Position numbers and translations under genes: made by a program. Under the pieces are notes generated by a model. That model was not told where the DNA came from, searched no databases, and was given only the letters and a program-made list of their open reading frames with translations. A DNA stretch of 64,000 nt from an uncultured Myxococcales bacterium (GTDB taxonomy: Bacteria > Myxococcota_A > Bradymonadia > UBA7976 > UBA1532), in NCBI GenBank assembly GCA_903847385.1, contig CAINDO010000261.1:108-64107 (forward strand). Reading direction: 5' to 3'. Each line of letters begins with the position of its first letter. The stretch's first letter is position 1. Shown here piece after piece: positions 20,401 to 28,382 of the stretch.

Positions 20401-21274
20401 CCAGGCCAACGTCACGTTCAGCCTCGACAATCCGGGCACGGACTTCCCGGCGATCATCACGCTGCGCAACGACTGCGAGGAGCCGTCGTCCGCCATCACC
20501 TGCGCCGGCAACTTCGCCAACCCGGTGCCGACGATCACGCTGAACAACGCCGATCCCGGCGAGTACTACATCTTCATCGACGGCGGCGGCCCGGAGCGCT
20601 GGGTCTCCAGTGGCAACCCGATCGCGTTCCCGGCCAGCCCGGACAACTTCCAGGCGCAGCACCAGGACCTCCAGGCCAACGGCTGGGGTGACGGCGGCAA
20701 CGACGCCTTCGACACGTTCGGGACGACCTCCCTGACCTTCAATGGTGCCGAGCAGCAGCTCGACGTCTCCATCGGCGAGCGTCAGGTGGCGGTCAACGGT
20801 TACAACCTGACCATCACCAGCGACTGGGCCGCCCAGAACGTCTGGCGCGTGCGCCTCTCGCCGCAGCAGGACTTCGACGAGCGCCCGGTCACCGTGCGCG
20901 TCGGTTCGGTCGCCGGCGGTGGCGGCAACTACGGCTGCGACCGGGCCTGTTTCACCCCGCGGATGGGTCAGTTCCAGGGTCGCGACTTCAACTACATGAC
21001 CAGCACGGACGCCTCCGATCCCGACTCCGTCGTGATGCTGTTCCCGAGTGACCCCGAAGAGCAGGGCAACGCGGTCTTCCAGACGCAGAACGACAACCTG
21101 CAGGTCGACGCGACGAACGTGAAGCTCCCCGTGACGTTCTACGTGGCGCTCACCAACGGCAACCTCGACGACGCGGCGGACTCGCTGCTGTCCGACCTCG
21201 AACTCCAGGCCGGCCCCGGCGGTCCCGACGCGGCCCGCTTCGGCAACTTCGAGCTCTCCGTCCAGGAAAATTGA
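17408..21274 (+). CDS. Large lipoprotein with 17 Cys/Asp-rich Ca-binding repeats and three PPC-like beta-sandwich domains
   Basis: Lipobox LVLTAC; repeat Cx(D/N)GxD(N/D)DxDGxxD(F/Y)PxDPGC....DxxE; GSCGG...GDYYIFVDG PPC-like units. Confidence 0.82.
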   Translation: MVLKKLSLAATLGALVLTACGKDAGGGDENAGGAGGAGGDIVGADIGGGAGGSVARPDAAIEPDARLAACSDGADNDADGKTDADDPGCANPSDIDETDPPAPPACGDTIDNDQDGYTDFPGDPGCGSAQDTTEDNPPQPPQCNNGIDDDHDNLVDEQDPGCTSPADPSEEDPDEAPACLDGVDNDGDGIADFPFDPGCRSAGDSDELNPPNAPACADGDDNDGDALVDYPDDPGCTGAGDSDEEDKAVRPACADGLDNDRDGHIDYPDDDGCQAAADYDERGSCGDRYDPPVVMAGVPVVTDISRGVFRSHGTCGGQGNPETVFLYRVERRLEALEITTVGEGTTVATTLYVRRQACLDDAAEVGCDREPDGLMPPGHALRIENPDRGDYYIFVDGVAGAAGPVQLTVNEVQQAECLNGVDDDGNGRVDYPSDPGCDEAQDRDETAPADPPACANDEDDDGDGAVDYPLDFGCISAAGNSEVDRCGQGVRFQEFPADRDFVLGDTSMGTNEMSGSCGGRNQKEIIFHYSNPFNARLTFSTNHPETTVPTVVYGRRDCDGAELPAPAGCDDGALGGMQHGRITIDRAAVGDYWIIVDTTLGQGGPFKLSVDVRRLDPGCVDGRDNDGDGAVDGDDPGCEDAADEDEADPPANAARAACRNDADDDGDGFIDFPYDPGCSARGDADEADPEVVPQCANGADDDEDTRFDFPLDPGCQSRGDDNERNPVPAPLCGNAIDDDMDGRADYPQDPGCYAAGDATEVDPDIDPTCSNTLDDDRDGIADFPFDPGCEAAGDPDETDPAPEDMPACSNDIDDDDDGVPDFPLDFGCGYAADPSETGAAFPPQCGNARDDDGDGRTDFPDDPGCRFAADNDEVNMGRLPPRCNDGVDNDFDGLTDFSDLGCLDAEDDSEDDGAEIPLCGDDVDNDGDGSTDWPDDVGCQARGDLTEDQGCRPAVETPLVPRNGTVSGMTVLDGPDNYTSRCGGRQAPEAVYKYVLAAQANVTFSLDNPGTDFPAIITLRNDCEEPSSAITCAGNFANPVPTITLNNADPGEYYIFIDGGGPERWVSSGNPIAFPASPDNFQAQHQDLQANGWGDGGNDAFDTFGTTSLTFNGAEQQLDVSIGERQVAVNGYNLTITSDWAAQNVWRVRLSPQQDFDERPVTVRVGSVAGGGGNYGCDRACFTPRMGQFQGRDFNYMTSTDASDPDSVVMLFPSDPEEQGNAVFQTQNDNLQVDATNVKLPVTFYVALTNGNLDDAADSLLSDLELQAGPGGPDAARFGNFELSVQEN

Positions 21275-22524
21275 ACGTCTTCGTCCAGCCCACCGGGCGG
21301 CGCATCGATCCCTTCGGTGATCCGCCCGGCGAGGTCCTCATCCTCAATCGACCGCTCTCGGCGTGGCAGCACGACGCCCTCGTCGGCGCCGGGCTCACGC
21401 CCATCGACCGCCCGCAAGCCCCCTGCCTGATCATCCCGGACGCCCTCTTCACGACGAGCGGGGCCCTGCGCGCCTTCGTCGAGGGTGCGGCCGGGCGAGA
21501 CGCCGTGCTGGTGCTGAAGCAGTCCGTCTACGGCAAGAACTCCGTCCCCGTGCAGCCCGGCGTGACGCCCTGCGACCTCGGGTGGCGGTTCGAGGAGATC
21601 CGCTTCGCCTCCGGTCGCGGCGACCCGCCCGTGGACGTCGTGGTCGACCCGGACGAGCAGGTCGTGAAGATGCCACTGCCGACGCACTACGTGGGCAGCG
21701 GTGAGATCGAGATCCCGTTCCCGCGGCACCCGCTGATGACGATCCACCATTGGGTCCACATCCTGTGGGCCAACCAGGTGGCGGGGAGCATCGAGCTGCG
21801 TGCCACGCCGAAGTGGAAGTTCATCCTGACGGGCCTTTGGGCGCTGCTGCGGGCGCGGTCGTTCAACCGCTGGCGCCTGCTCGGCAAGGCCAACACCATC
21901 GGCAAGAACTGTGACATCCACCCCACCGCCATCATCGAGGGCAGCACGCTGGGGGACGGCGTCAGCGTCGGCCCCTATGCCCGCGTGCTCTTCAGCCGGT
22001 TGGGTGACAAGGTGGGCGTGATGGCCGGCGCGATGGTCGAGGCCTGCACGCTCGGCGATCGCTCCATGATCAGCCAGCAGACGGTCGTCCGCTTCTGTGT
22101 GCTGTACCCCGAGGCCATCGCCAGCCAGTACCTGATGCAGCAGTGTGTTTTGGGCCGGCGGGCCGTCACGACGGGCGGCGCGTTCAGCATGGACCTCAAC
22201 TTCGATGGTCCCATTCGTGTGCCGCTCGACGGCAAACTCCACTCCACCGGGACACAGTTTCTGGGGTCCGCCTTCGGCCACGGCGCCCGCATCGGGACGG
22301 GGCACTGGTTGGCCAGCGGACGCGCGGTGCCCAACGAGACCTTCCTGATCCGCGACCCGCGGCAGGTCATCGCGCGGATCTCGCCGGCCCTCGCCGGGCA
22401 GGGGCCCCTGATCAACGATCAGGGCACGCTCCGTCCGCTCGCCGTCGGCCCGGATCCGGAGACGACCGCTTGGGTGCGCCGCGTGCTCGGCACACCCTCG
22501 GGTGGGCCGACCGGGGAGGGCTGA
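21271..22524 (+). CDS. Degenerate nucleotidyltransferase-like N-terminus plus left-handed beta-helix (hexapeptide) domain
   Basis: TTG overlaps the upstream TGA; ILNRPL motif; IGKNCDIHPTAIIEGSTLGDGVSVGPYA hexapeptide repeats; GSAFGHGARIG. Confidence 0.72.
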   Translation: MNVFVQPTGRRIDPFGDPPGEVLILNRPLSAWQHDALVGAGLTPIDRPQAPCLIIPDALFTTSGALRAFVEGAAGRDAVLVLKQSVYGKNSVPVQPGVTPCDLGWRFEEIRFASGRGDPPVDVVVDPDEQVVKMPLPTHYVGSGEIEIPFPRHPLMTIHHWVHILWANQVAGSIELRATPKWKFILTGLWALLRARSFNRWRLLGKANTIGKNCDIHPTAIIEGSTLGDGVSVGPYARVLFSRLGDKVGVMAGAMVEACTLGDRSMISQQTVVRFCVLYPEAIASQYLMQQCVLGRRAVTTGGAFSMDLNFDGPIRVPLDGKLHSTGTQFLGSAFGHGARIGTGHWLASGRAVPNETFLIRDPRQVIARISPALAGQGPLINDQGTLRPLAVGPDPETTAWVRRVLGTPSGGPTGEG

Positions 22525-22529
22525 GGCGC

Positions 22530-24164
22530 GTGGCGGTCCTGGCCTGGCTCCTGGTCGGCCTCGCGGTCGCCGGTCTGCTCGGTCGCGCCCGTCCGGGGCT
22601 CTTGGCCCTGCCCGGGCCCGTGGGCGACGACCTCGTGCCCCGGTATGCGCTCGTATGGCCCGACCCGACGCCCCCGCCGGAGCTTTCGCCGTCGCCGGAC
22701 GCGGTCTTTTCGACGCTGGACGAGGCCGCCGCCAGCGGGCATCGCCAGATCCTCGTGCTGGGGGCCGGCGTGCGGCCGTCCGCGGACCTGCCGCGTCGCC
22801 TGCTGGCCTGCGGCAGCGACTTCGTCTCGGTCTTCCCGGAGCCCGCCGACACCGCCACGGCCGAGGAGTGCTGGCTGCGCGACTTCGCCGGAGCGGGCCG
22901 TGTGGCCGATCCGGCGTCCGCGGCGGGGTTCGCCGATCCGCGATGTGTCTGGCTCCGTTTGACCGACCTGGCGCTGCCGGGCGAGGGGACACAGCCGCTC
23001 CTTCGCGCGGCCCGGGCGCGCAAGGCCCATGGGCTCACGGTCGCGCTGCGCGCCGGACGCGACGCGGAGGGGGCGCCCCTGGTCACGGGCCCGTCCCTCA
23101 CGCCGGCCCAGTGGCAGGCCGGCCTCACCGACTGGTTGCTCGGTGACCCGGTGCTCCGGGCGCTCGTCGGCGGGCTGCCCGTGGCGGTGTCCCTCATGGC
23201 GCTGGCGTGTCTTCTCTGGCCGGAGACGCGGGCGACCGCGCTCTTGTACTTCGGGCTGGGGGGCATGGCACGTGGGTGGCGCGCCCTGGAGTGCCGCTTC
23301 GGGGCCGGGCTTGTCGTCACGGGCCTCTGGGCCGAGCCGGCGCTGGCCCTGCGAATCCTCGCGGACCGTCGCCCGGCGCCACCCGTCGAGTTCCCCCGCG
23401 TGCCCACCGGGCCGACGCCGCGGCTGACCGGCCCGCAGGCCGCGCTCCACGGGCTGGACGCTCGCCTGGACGCGTCCGCGGTCCTGCACCTGGCCCGGCG
23501 ACTGGGTGGAGCCTCGCTGGTCATGGAGCAGCTCTACGGGAATCGGCCGAGCGGGCAGACGCGCTTCGGGCGCGTCGTCGATCGTTGGGTGCACGCCTCG
23601 GCCGGCGCCCGGGCGCTCCGGCATCGTTGCCTCTCCGTGGCCGAGCTGGGCCGGGCCCTCGAACCGCGGAGCCTGCTGTCCGTGCCGGGCGGCTCCGGCC
23701 GCGACGCCGCGGCCATCGGCGCGCTTCAGACCGTCCTGGTCGATCCGGACCCCGTCGCCCGTTCCTTGGCGGCCACGGTGTGCCCGTCGGCCGAGATCGT
23801 CAACGGCACGGTCGAGACGAGCCCCGTCGGGCCCTTCGACCTGGCCATCTACGTCGGCCTGGCCGAGTACCTGGACGACGCCGAGGTGGTGCGCCATCTG
23901 GTGATGCTGCGCGCGCGGCTGGACAAAACGGGGGCGCTCATCACCTCCACGACGGCGCCGCATCCGGACCAGGTCTTCATGGCCGAGCGCCTCGGCTGGC
24001 GGACCCGCGCGCGGCGCCACGACGCGTACGCTGCGCTCCTGGACGCGGCGGGCTATCGCGTCGAGCTGCGCAGCGCCGATCCGCACGGGATCCAGTGGAT
24101 CTTCCTGGCCCGCCCGATCGGGCAGCGCGGCTCGGGGCCGGCGCCGGCCGTGTCAGGGGTTTGA
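22530..24164 (+). CDS. Fusion of an inactive GT2-like membrane domain and a class I SAM methyltransferase (YnbC C-terminal-like)
   Basis: GTG start with TM helix; region aligns by eye to the GT2 at 16084; C-terminal LYGNRPSG..FGRVVDRW, SVPGGSGRD, VDPDP, VGLAEYL. Confidence 0.7.
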   Translation: MAVLAWLLVGLAVAGLLGRARPGLLALPGPVGDDLVPRYALVWPDPTPPPELSPSPDAVFSTLDEAAASGHRQILVLGAGVRPSADLPRRLLACGSDFVSVFPEPADTATAEECWLRDFAGAGRVADPASAAGFADPRCVWLRLTDLALPGEGTQPLLRAARARKAHGLTVALRAGRDAEGAPLVTGPSLTPAQWQAGLTDWLLGDPVLRALVGGLPVAVSLMALACLLWPETRATALLYFGLGGMARGWRALECRFGAGLVVTGLWAEPALALRILADRRPAPPVEFPRVPTGPTPRLTGPQAALHGLDARLDASAVLHLARRLGGASLVMEQLYGNRPSGQTRFGRVVDRWVHASAGARALRHRCLSVAELGRALEPRSLLSVPGGSGRDAAAIGALQTVLVDPDPVARSLAATVCPSAEIVNGTVETSPVGPFDLAIYVGLAEYLDDAEVVRHLVMLRARLDKTGALITSTTAPHPDQVFMAERLGWRTRARRHDAYAALLDAAGYRVELRSADPHGIQWIFLARPIGQRGSGPAPAVSGV

Positions 24165-24255
24165 CGCCCTTCGGCGACGCTTTGACGCCGTTTGGTCGAT
24201 TTTGACCTGATTTCAGGGGGTTGGGGGGCTTCGGCCCGCTGGCACATCCCGTGCA
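24160..24255 (+). promoter_or_regulatory. Probable sigma54 promoter with upstream direct repeats and an IHF-like site
   Basis: TTTGACGCC at 24160 and 24181 (TTTGACC at 24201); TTTCAG-GGGG-TTG at 24211-24223; TGGCAC-ATCCC-GTGCA at 24240-24255 with GG-N10-GC spacing. Confidence 0.62.
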
Positions 24256-24267
24256 AAACGGGACGCC

Positions 24268-25386
24268 ATGGCGATTCAAGTCCCCCAGAAGAACCAGTCC
24301 GAGTCCGCGGCCGACCTGGCGCTGACGCTCAGCGACCTCCTCTACAGCCAGGGCGAGCGCACCCGCGCCCGGGCGCTCCTGGAGCTCTTCGAGCCCGGCG
24401 AGCGCGACGAGCGCCTCACGACCCGGTTGGCGGACGACGCGCTCGAGCAGGGCGACGCCCCCCGCGCGCTGAAGCTGCTCGCCCGCGTGTGGGAGGGCGG
24501 CTCGCTGAACCCCTACGTCGAGGCCCGCCTCGCCCTGGCGGCCCTCGCCGTCGGTCTGACGGACGTCGTCGAAGCGCTGACCGAGGCGCCGACGCGCTCG
24601 ACGGAGCACGCCATCGTGCGGCTCATCCACGCCGCCCAGCGTGGCGAGCAGTTCTCCGTGGCCGGCGTGGCCAGCGCGTCCGAGACCGTGTTCGCGATTC
24701 GCAGCCACCTGCGCATCCTGGCCGTCTGCGGGCGACACGACCTCGTCGAGGCCGTCGCGCAGGCCCACCTCGATCTGCCCGGCATTCAGACGGCGCTCCA
24801 CGGCCTCCCGCGGGAGGCCGCGCCGAGCCACGAGCTCATCAAGGTCGACATCGACGCCGCCCGTGAGACCTTCACCGCGCACTGGCGCGGTCCCGGTGGC
24901 CTCGCGGCCTCGAACTGGGCCTGGGCCGTCGCTCGTGAAATCGGGGTGGGGGAGCAAGTGCTGCTGCTGACGCCCTGGCCGCAGGCGCTGCGCGGGCTCC
25001 TCTCGCACGCCCACGTGACGGCGGTCTCACCCGCGGCCGGCCCGGGCGTGGACGTGATCGCCGAGCCCGAGCGACTGCCCTTCGCGCCGGCGCGTTTCCA
25101 GCACGTCGTGGCCGCCGACTGGCTCGGCGCCGCGCTGAACCCCGAGGCTGCCCTCCAGTCGATGGCCGGGGCGCTGATGCACGACGGACAGCTGCACGTG
25201 CTCTGCGCCGGGCCCGCCGGGGCCGGTGAGCAGGGCATGACCTTCGCCCCGCGCACCCTCGTTCGGCTCGCCGAGCGGGTGGGGCTGCTCGAGCCGCACG
25301 CGCTCGCGCGTCAGGCGAGCGGCCTGCCTGCGCAGGGGGCCGACGCGGAGATCACGCTGCTGCGCGCGATGCGCCGCGTGGTCTGA
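24268..25386 (+). CDS. TPR-like helical protein with a degenerate methyltransferase-fold C-terminus
   Basis: Helical repeats (GDAPRALKLLARVW); ERLPFAPARFQHVV and LMHDGQLHV resemble MTase motifs; no GxG SAM loop. Confidence 0.6.
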   Translation: MAIQVPQKNQSESAADLALTLSDLLYSQGERTRARALLELFEPGERDERLTTRLADDALEQGDAPRALKLLARVWEGGSLNPYVEARLALAALAVGLTDVVEALTEAPTRSTEHAIVRLIHAAQRGEQFSVAGVASASETVFAIRSHLRILAVCGRHDLVEAVAQAHLDLPGIQTALHGLPREAAPSHELIKVDIDAARETFTAHWRGPGGLAASNWAWAVAREIGVGEQVLLLTPWPQALRGLLSHAHVTAVSPAAGPGVDVIAEPERLPFAPARFQHVVAADWLGAALNPEAALQSMAGALMHDGQLHVLCAGPAGAGEQGMTFAPRTLVRLAERVGLLEPHALARQASGLPAQGADAEITLLRAMRRVV

Positions 25387-25392
25387 AAATGC

Positions 25393-25425
25393 GAAACCCC
25401 GCGACGGAGACCGCCGCGGGGTTTC
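25393..25425. terminator. Probable bidirectional intrinsic terminator
   Basis: GAAACCCCGCG...CGCGGGGTTTC hairpin between a convergent CDS and tRNA. Confidence 0.75.
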
Positions 25426-25431
25426 AAGAAG

Positions 25432-25505
25432 CGCACCCGGCAAGATTCGAACCTGCGACCTACGGCTCCGGAGGCCGGCGCTCTATCCAGCTGAGCTACG
25501 GGTGC
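25432..25505 (-). tRNA. tRNA-Arg (anticodon CCG), CCA not encoded
   Basis: GCACCCGTAGCTCAGCTGGATAGAGCG-CCGGC-CTCCGGA-GCCGT-AGGTCGCAGGTTCGAATCTTGCCGGGTGCG cloverleaf. Confidence 0.96.
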
Positions 25506-25516
25506 ACAGCGCGGCG

Positions 25517-25587
25517 TTTATCGGCGACACGGACCGACGTGTCAAGTCTTCTCTGCACTTGATCACGCAAATGCACTGTGCTACAAC
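25517..25587. promoter_or_regulatory. Divergent sigma70-type promoters for tRNA-Arg (-) and rpmB (+)
   Basis: Minus strand TTGACA (25540-25545)-17-GATAAA; plus strand TTGATC (25559)-17-TACAAC (25582) with extended TG. Confidence 0.55.
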
Positions 25588-25635
25588 GCGCGCCCTGTCA
25601 ACTCGCCCAGTGCCGACATCTTAAGGAGCAAGAAC

Positions 25636-25842
25636 GTGGCTCGTCGCTGTGAAATCTGTGAAAAAGGCCGTCAGGTGGGCCACAAGGTCAGCCACTCGAA
25701 CATCAAGACCACCAAGGTCTGGCTGCCCAACGTGCAGAAGGTGCGCGTGGTCCTGAACGGCAAGCCCGCTCGGCTCACCGTTTGCACCCGCTGCATCCGC
25801 TCGAACAAGATCGAGAAGCGGCCCGAGATTACCGCCGCTTGA
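25636..25842 (+). CDS. rpmB: 50S ribosomal protein L28 (Zn-binding type)
   Basis: AAGGAG RBS; MARRCEICEK...VSHSNIKT..WLPNVQ...VCTRC. Confidence 0.96.
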   Translation: MARRCEICEKGRQVGHKVSHSNIKTTKVWLPNVQKVRVVLNGKPARLTVCTRCIRSNKIEKRPEITAA

Positions 25843-26227
25843 GGCGGGCGATCACCTCGATCTCCACCCGCACGTCCTTCGGCAACCGCGCGACCTGCAC
25901 CGTGCTCCGCGCCGGTTGCGGGGCGGGCAGGTAGCTTCCGTAGACCTCGTTCACGGACGCGAAGTCGTTCATATCGAGCAGGAAGATCGTGCTCTTGAGC
26001 ACGTCGGCCAGGCTCGAACCCGAGGCCTCCAGCAGGGCGCCGATGTTCTTCATCACCTGCGCGGCCTGCTCGGCGCCGGTCTGCCCGACGACGGTCATCG
26101 TCTGCGGGTCGAGCGGGATCTGGCCGCTGCAGTAGACCACGTCCCCGTGGATGATGGCCTGCGAGTAGGGGCCGATGGCGGCCGGCGCGTTCTTCGTACT
26201 GACCGTCTGCTTCGGGGCGTCGCTCAT
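25829..26227 (-). CDS. ridA: RidA/YjgF family enamine deaminase
   Basis: APAAIGPYSQA, SGQIP, PARSTVQVARLP, VEIEVIA. Confidence 0.93.
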   Translation of the reverse strand: MSDAPKQTVSTKNAPAAIGPYSQAIIHGDVVYCSGQIPLDPQTMTVVGQTGAEQAAQVMKNIGALLEASGSSLADVLKSTIFLLDMNDFASVNEVYGSYLPAPQPARSTVQVARLPKDVRVEIEVIARLKRR

Positions 26228-26250
26228 GTCGTTCTCCGGATTCGAAGGGC

Positions 26251-26278
26251 AAAAAAAAGGGGCCGCCGCAGCGACCCC
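26251..26278 (-). terminator. Rho-independent terminator after hpf
   Basis: Minus strand GGGGTCGC-TGCG-GCGGCCCC-TTTTTTTT. Confidence 0.88.
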
Positions 26279-26298
26279 GAGGACGACGGCCTGAGGGC

Positions 26299-26643
26299 TC
26301 AGGCCTGGGGGTTGGGCACCTCGGGCGTGTTGGCGCGGATGCTCTGGGCAGGCTTGCGATCCGCCTCGGCCTTGTGCAGCGCCTTCGTGACCTGACGATC
26401 GATCTTGGCGAGGGCCTCGTCCGCCGCCTTGATCAGGTCCGCGCCCGTACCGTCCGCGTCGAAGGAGTGTTTGGCCGCGTTGAAGTGCGCGTGGCAGTTG
26501 AAGGCGTCGCCATCCTGGGCCAACGCGATCCGGACCTGCAGCTTCTGACCCAGGCGCGTCTCGAACTTGGCGAGCTTCTGCTCGATGCGCGTGCGCAGGG
26601 CCTCCGAGGGCGTCACATCCTTACCGACGATCTCCAGATTCAT
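26299..26643 (-). CDS. hpf: Ribosome hibernation factor (short HPF/RaiA family)
   Basis: GGAGG RBS; MNLEIVGKDVTPSEALRTRIEQKLAK...DLIKAADEALAKIDRQV. Confidence 0.82.
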   Translation of the reverse strand: MNLEIVGKDVTPSEALRTRIEQKLAKFETRLGQKLQVRIALAQDGDAFNCHAHFNAAKHSFDADGTGADLIKAADEALAKIDRQVTKALHKAEADRKPAQSIRANTPEVPNPQA

Positions 26644-26708
26644 CCGGTCCTCCCAGGCGATGAAGGTGTGCTCCACCCGCACCGCGTCATGGCGCTACCC
26701 GGTCCAGG

Positions 26709-27248
26709 CTAGAGGAGCACTCGAACGCCCGCACCGAAGTTGAAGATGAGGACGCTACCGTCCTTGGGCAAGTCCCCGCCCGCAAAGAAATACTCGGCCT
26801 CGACCAGGGCGATGGCCCCGAGCGACTCCGAGAAGCGATAGATGGCCCCGCCGTCGAGCTCGAGCCCGATGAGCGTGCCCGGGGTCACGTAGATCGGAAC
26901 GCCGGCCCCGATGAGGAAATTCCAGGGCGACTCGCCGCGGATGAGGCGGACCTGGGGCGTCACGGCCACGGCCGGCTGGTCCTCGAGCTGGAAGGTCAGC
27001 CCGGCGCCCCACTCGCTGCTCCAGTCGTTGTCGAGCACGAAGCCGACGTCCAGGTCGAGGAACGCCGGGTTGCGCTTGCTGATCGCCTCGGCGTCCGGCC
27101 CCGGGGCGCGGCGGACGCCCGTGCCCAAGGTGGCGTCCACGGCCAGATTCAGCGCCTGCGCAGCGCAGGGCACTGGAACAAGTGGCACGAGGCATGCACT
27201 GATGAGCGTTACGCGCGCGACGAATTGGCGATTGGAGCGTTGCCTCAA
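26709..27248 (-). CDS. Small outer-membrane beta-barrel-like hypothetical protein (start uncertain)
   Basis: Alternating amphipathic strands, C-terminal FNFGAGVRVLL; possible TTG start at 27248 or GTG at 27188. Confidence 0.6.
   Translation of the reverse strand: MRQRSNRQFVARVTLISACLVPLVPVPCAAQALNLAVDATLGTGVRRAPGPDAEAISKRNPAFLDLDVGFVLDNDWSSEWGAGLTFQLEDQPAVAVTPQVRLIRGESPWNFLIGAGVPIYVTPGTLIGLELDGGAIYRFSESLGAIALVEAEYFFAGGDLPKDGSVLIFNFGAGVRVLL
27183..27198 (+). promoter_or_regulatory. Probable sigma54 promoter for the downstream lipoprotein
   Basis: TGGCACG-AGGC-ATGCA with GG-N10-GC spacing, about 130 bp upstream of ATG 27330. Confidence 0.5.
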
Positions 27249-27329
27249 GGCGACCTTCGCGCGGGGTACATGGCCTGGGATCGACGATAGCGTGACGATC
27301 CAGTGGCGGCAAGGAATTCGGGGAGACGC

Positions 27330-28382
27330 ATGGTCGGCAATTTCTGGCGGCGATTGGGGGCGCGAGCGCTCGTGGCGACGACGGCGTTGGCCTTCGCCAC
27401 GGGCTGCGACGGCGGCGGTTGTCAGCTCCACAGCGACTGCAACGCGGACCAGCAGTGCGTCGAAGGGCGCTGCGAAGAGGCCTGCTCGGACGATTACGAC
27501 TGCGTGCTCGGCGAGGCTTGCGTCTCGGGGGCCTGCGTGGTCGCGCCGGACGCCGTTCGGCCGCGGCCCTGCAACCCGGAGACGAGCGAGGCCGGCTGCC
27601 CGGACACGTCGAGCCCCCCGGACGCGGCCATCGACGCGACGCTGCCGGACGCGGCGCTCCTCGATGCGCTCGTGGCCGACATGGGGACACCCGACGCTGG
27701 AGACGCGGGAGACGCCGCGGCGGACGGCGGCGGCGTGACCGATGGCGGGCCGGACACCGACGCGCTCGGACCCGACAGCAGCGTGACGCCCGGCGACATC
27801 GACTTGACGGGCACCTACGCCGTGACCCGTACCGTGGACCTGACGAACGACGACCAGTTCACGGAAGGGGACGTCGCGCACTTCATCGCCAACCTGACCC
27901 GCCTTGCCGATCATGCCCGCTACCGGCTCGACTTCATCGATCCGGAGGGCCACGCGCTGAGCTCCGAGGTGGCGCTCGATTTCCGCTCCCCCGAGGGGCC
28001 CCACAACTACCAGTTCCGGTACGAGCGGCCCATCGACCTTCCGCCCCCTGGCTGCATGGCCTTCGAGGAGACCTTCGAGCGCGGCCAGGTGGACACGATG
28101 GTGCCGGAGACGACCCTCGACGGTCAGCAGATCCTGCACGGCCAGTACGAGGGCGACCAATGCGCCGAGGCCGATCGGCTGACGAACTTCACCGTGCGGT
28201 GGGTGCGCATCCCGACGCCGGTGCCGCCGGGCGACGCGGGCGTCGGCGGCGACGCGGGCCCCGGGGACGCGGGAGCGGGCGATGCGGGACCGGGCGACGC
28301 TGCGGTGGCGCCGGACGCGCTGCGGGTCGTCGACTTCGGCCCGCTGCCCGACGCGTTCAGGCCAGATGCAGTCGTACGTTGA
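27330..28382 (+). CDS. Cys-rich lipoprotein with DAG-rich linkers
   Basis: Lipobox AFATGC; CxxxxDCxxxxxCxxGxC repeats; PDAG/GDAG low-complexity tracts. Confidence 0.75.
   Translation: MVGNFWRRLGARALVATTALAFATGCDGGGCQLHSDCNADQQCVEGRCEEACSDDYDCVLGEACVSGACVVAPDAVRPRPCNPETSEAGCPDTSSPPDAAIDATLPDAALLDALVADMGTPDAGDAGDAAADGGGVTDGGPDTDALGPDSSVTPGDIDLTGTYAVTRTVDLTNDDQFTEGDVAHFIANLTRLADHARYRLDFIDPEGHALSSEVALDFRSPEGPHNYQFRYERPIDLPPPGCMAFEETFERGQVDTMVPETTLDGQQILHGQYEGDQCAEADRLTNFTVRWVRIPTPVPPGDAGVGGDAGPGDAGAGDAGPGDAAVAPDALRVVDFGPLPDAFRPDAVVR

Noticed and set aside
25829-25842. Convergent overlap of rpmB and ridA as antisense regulation
   Set aside because: A 14-bp overlap of 3' ends is common in compact high-GC genomes, and there is no further evidence.
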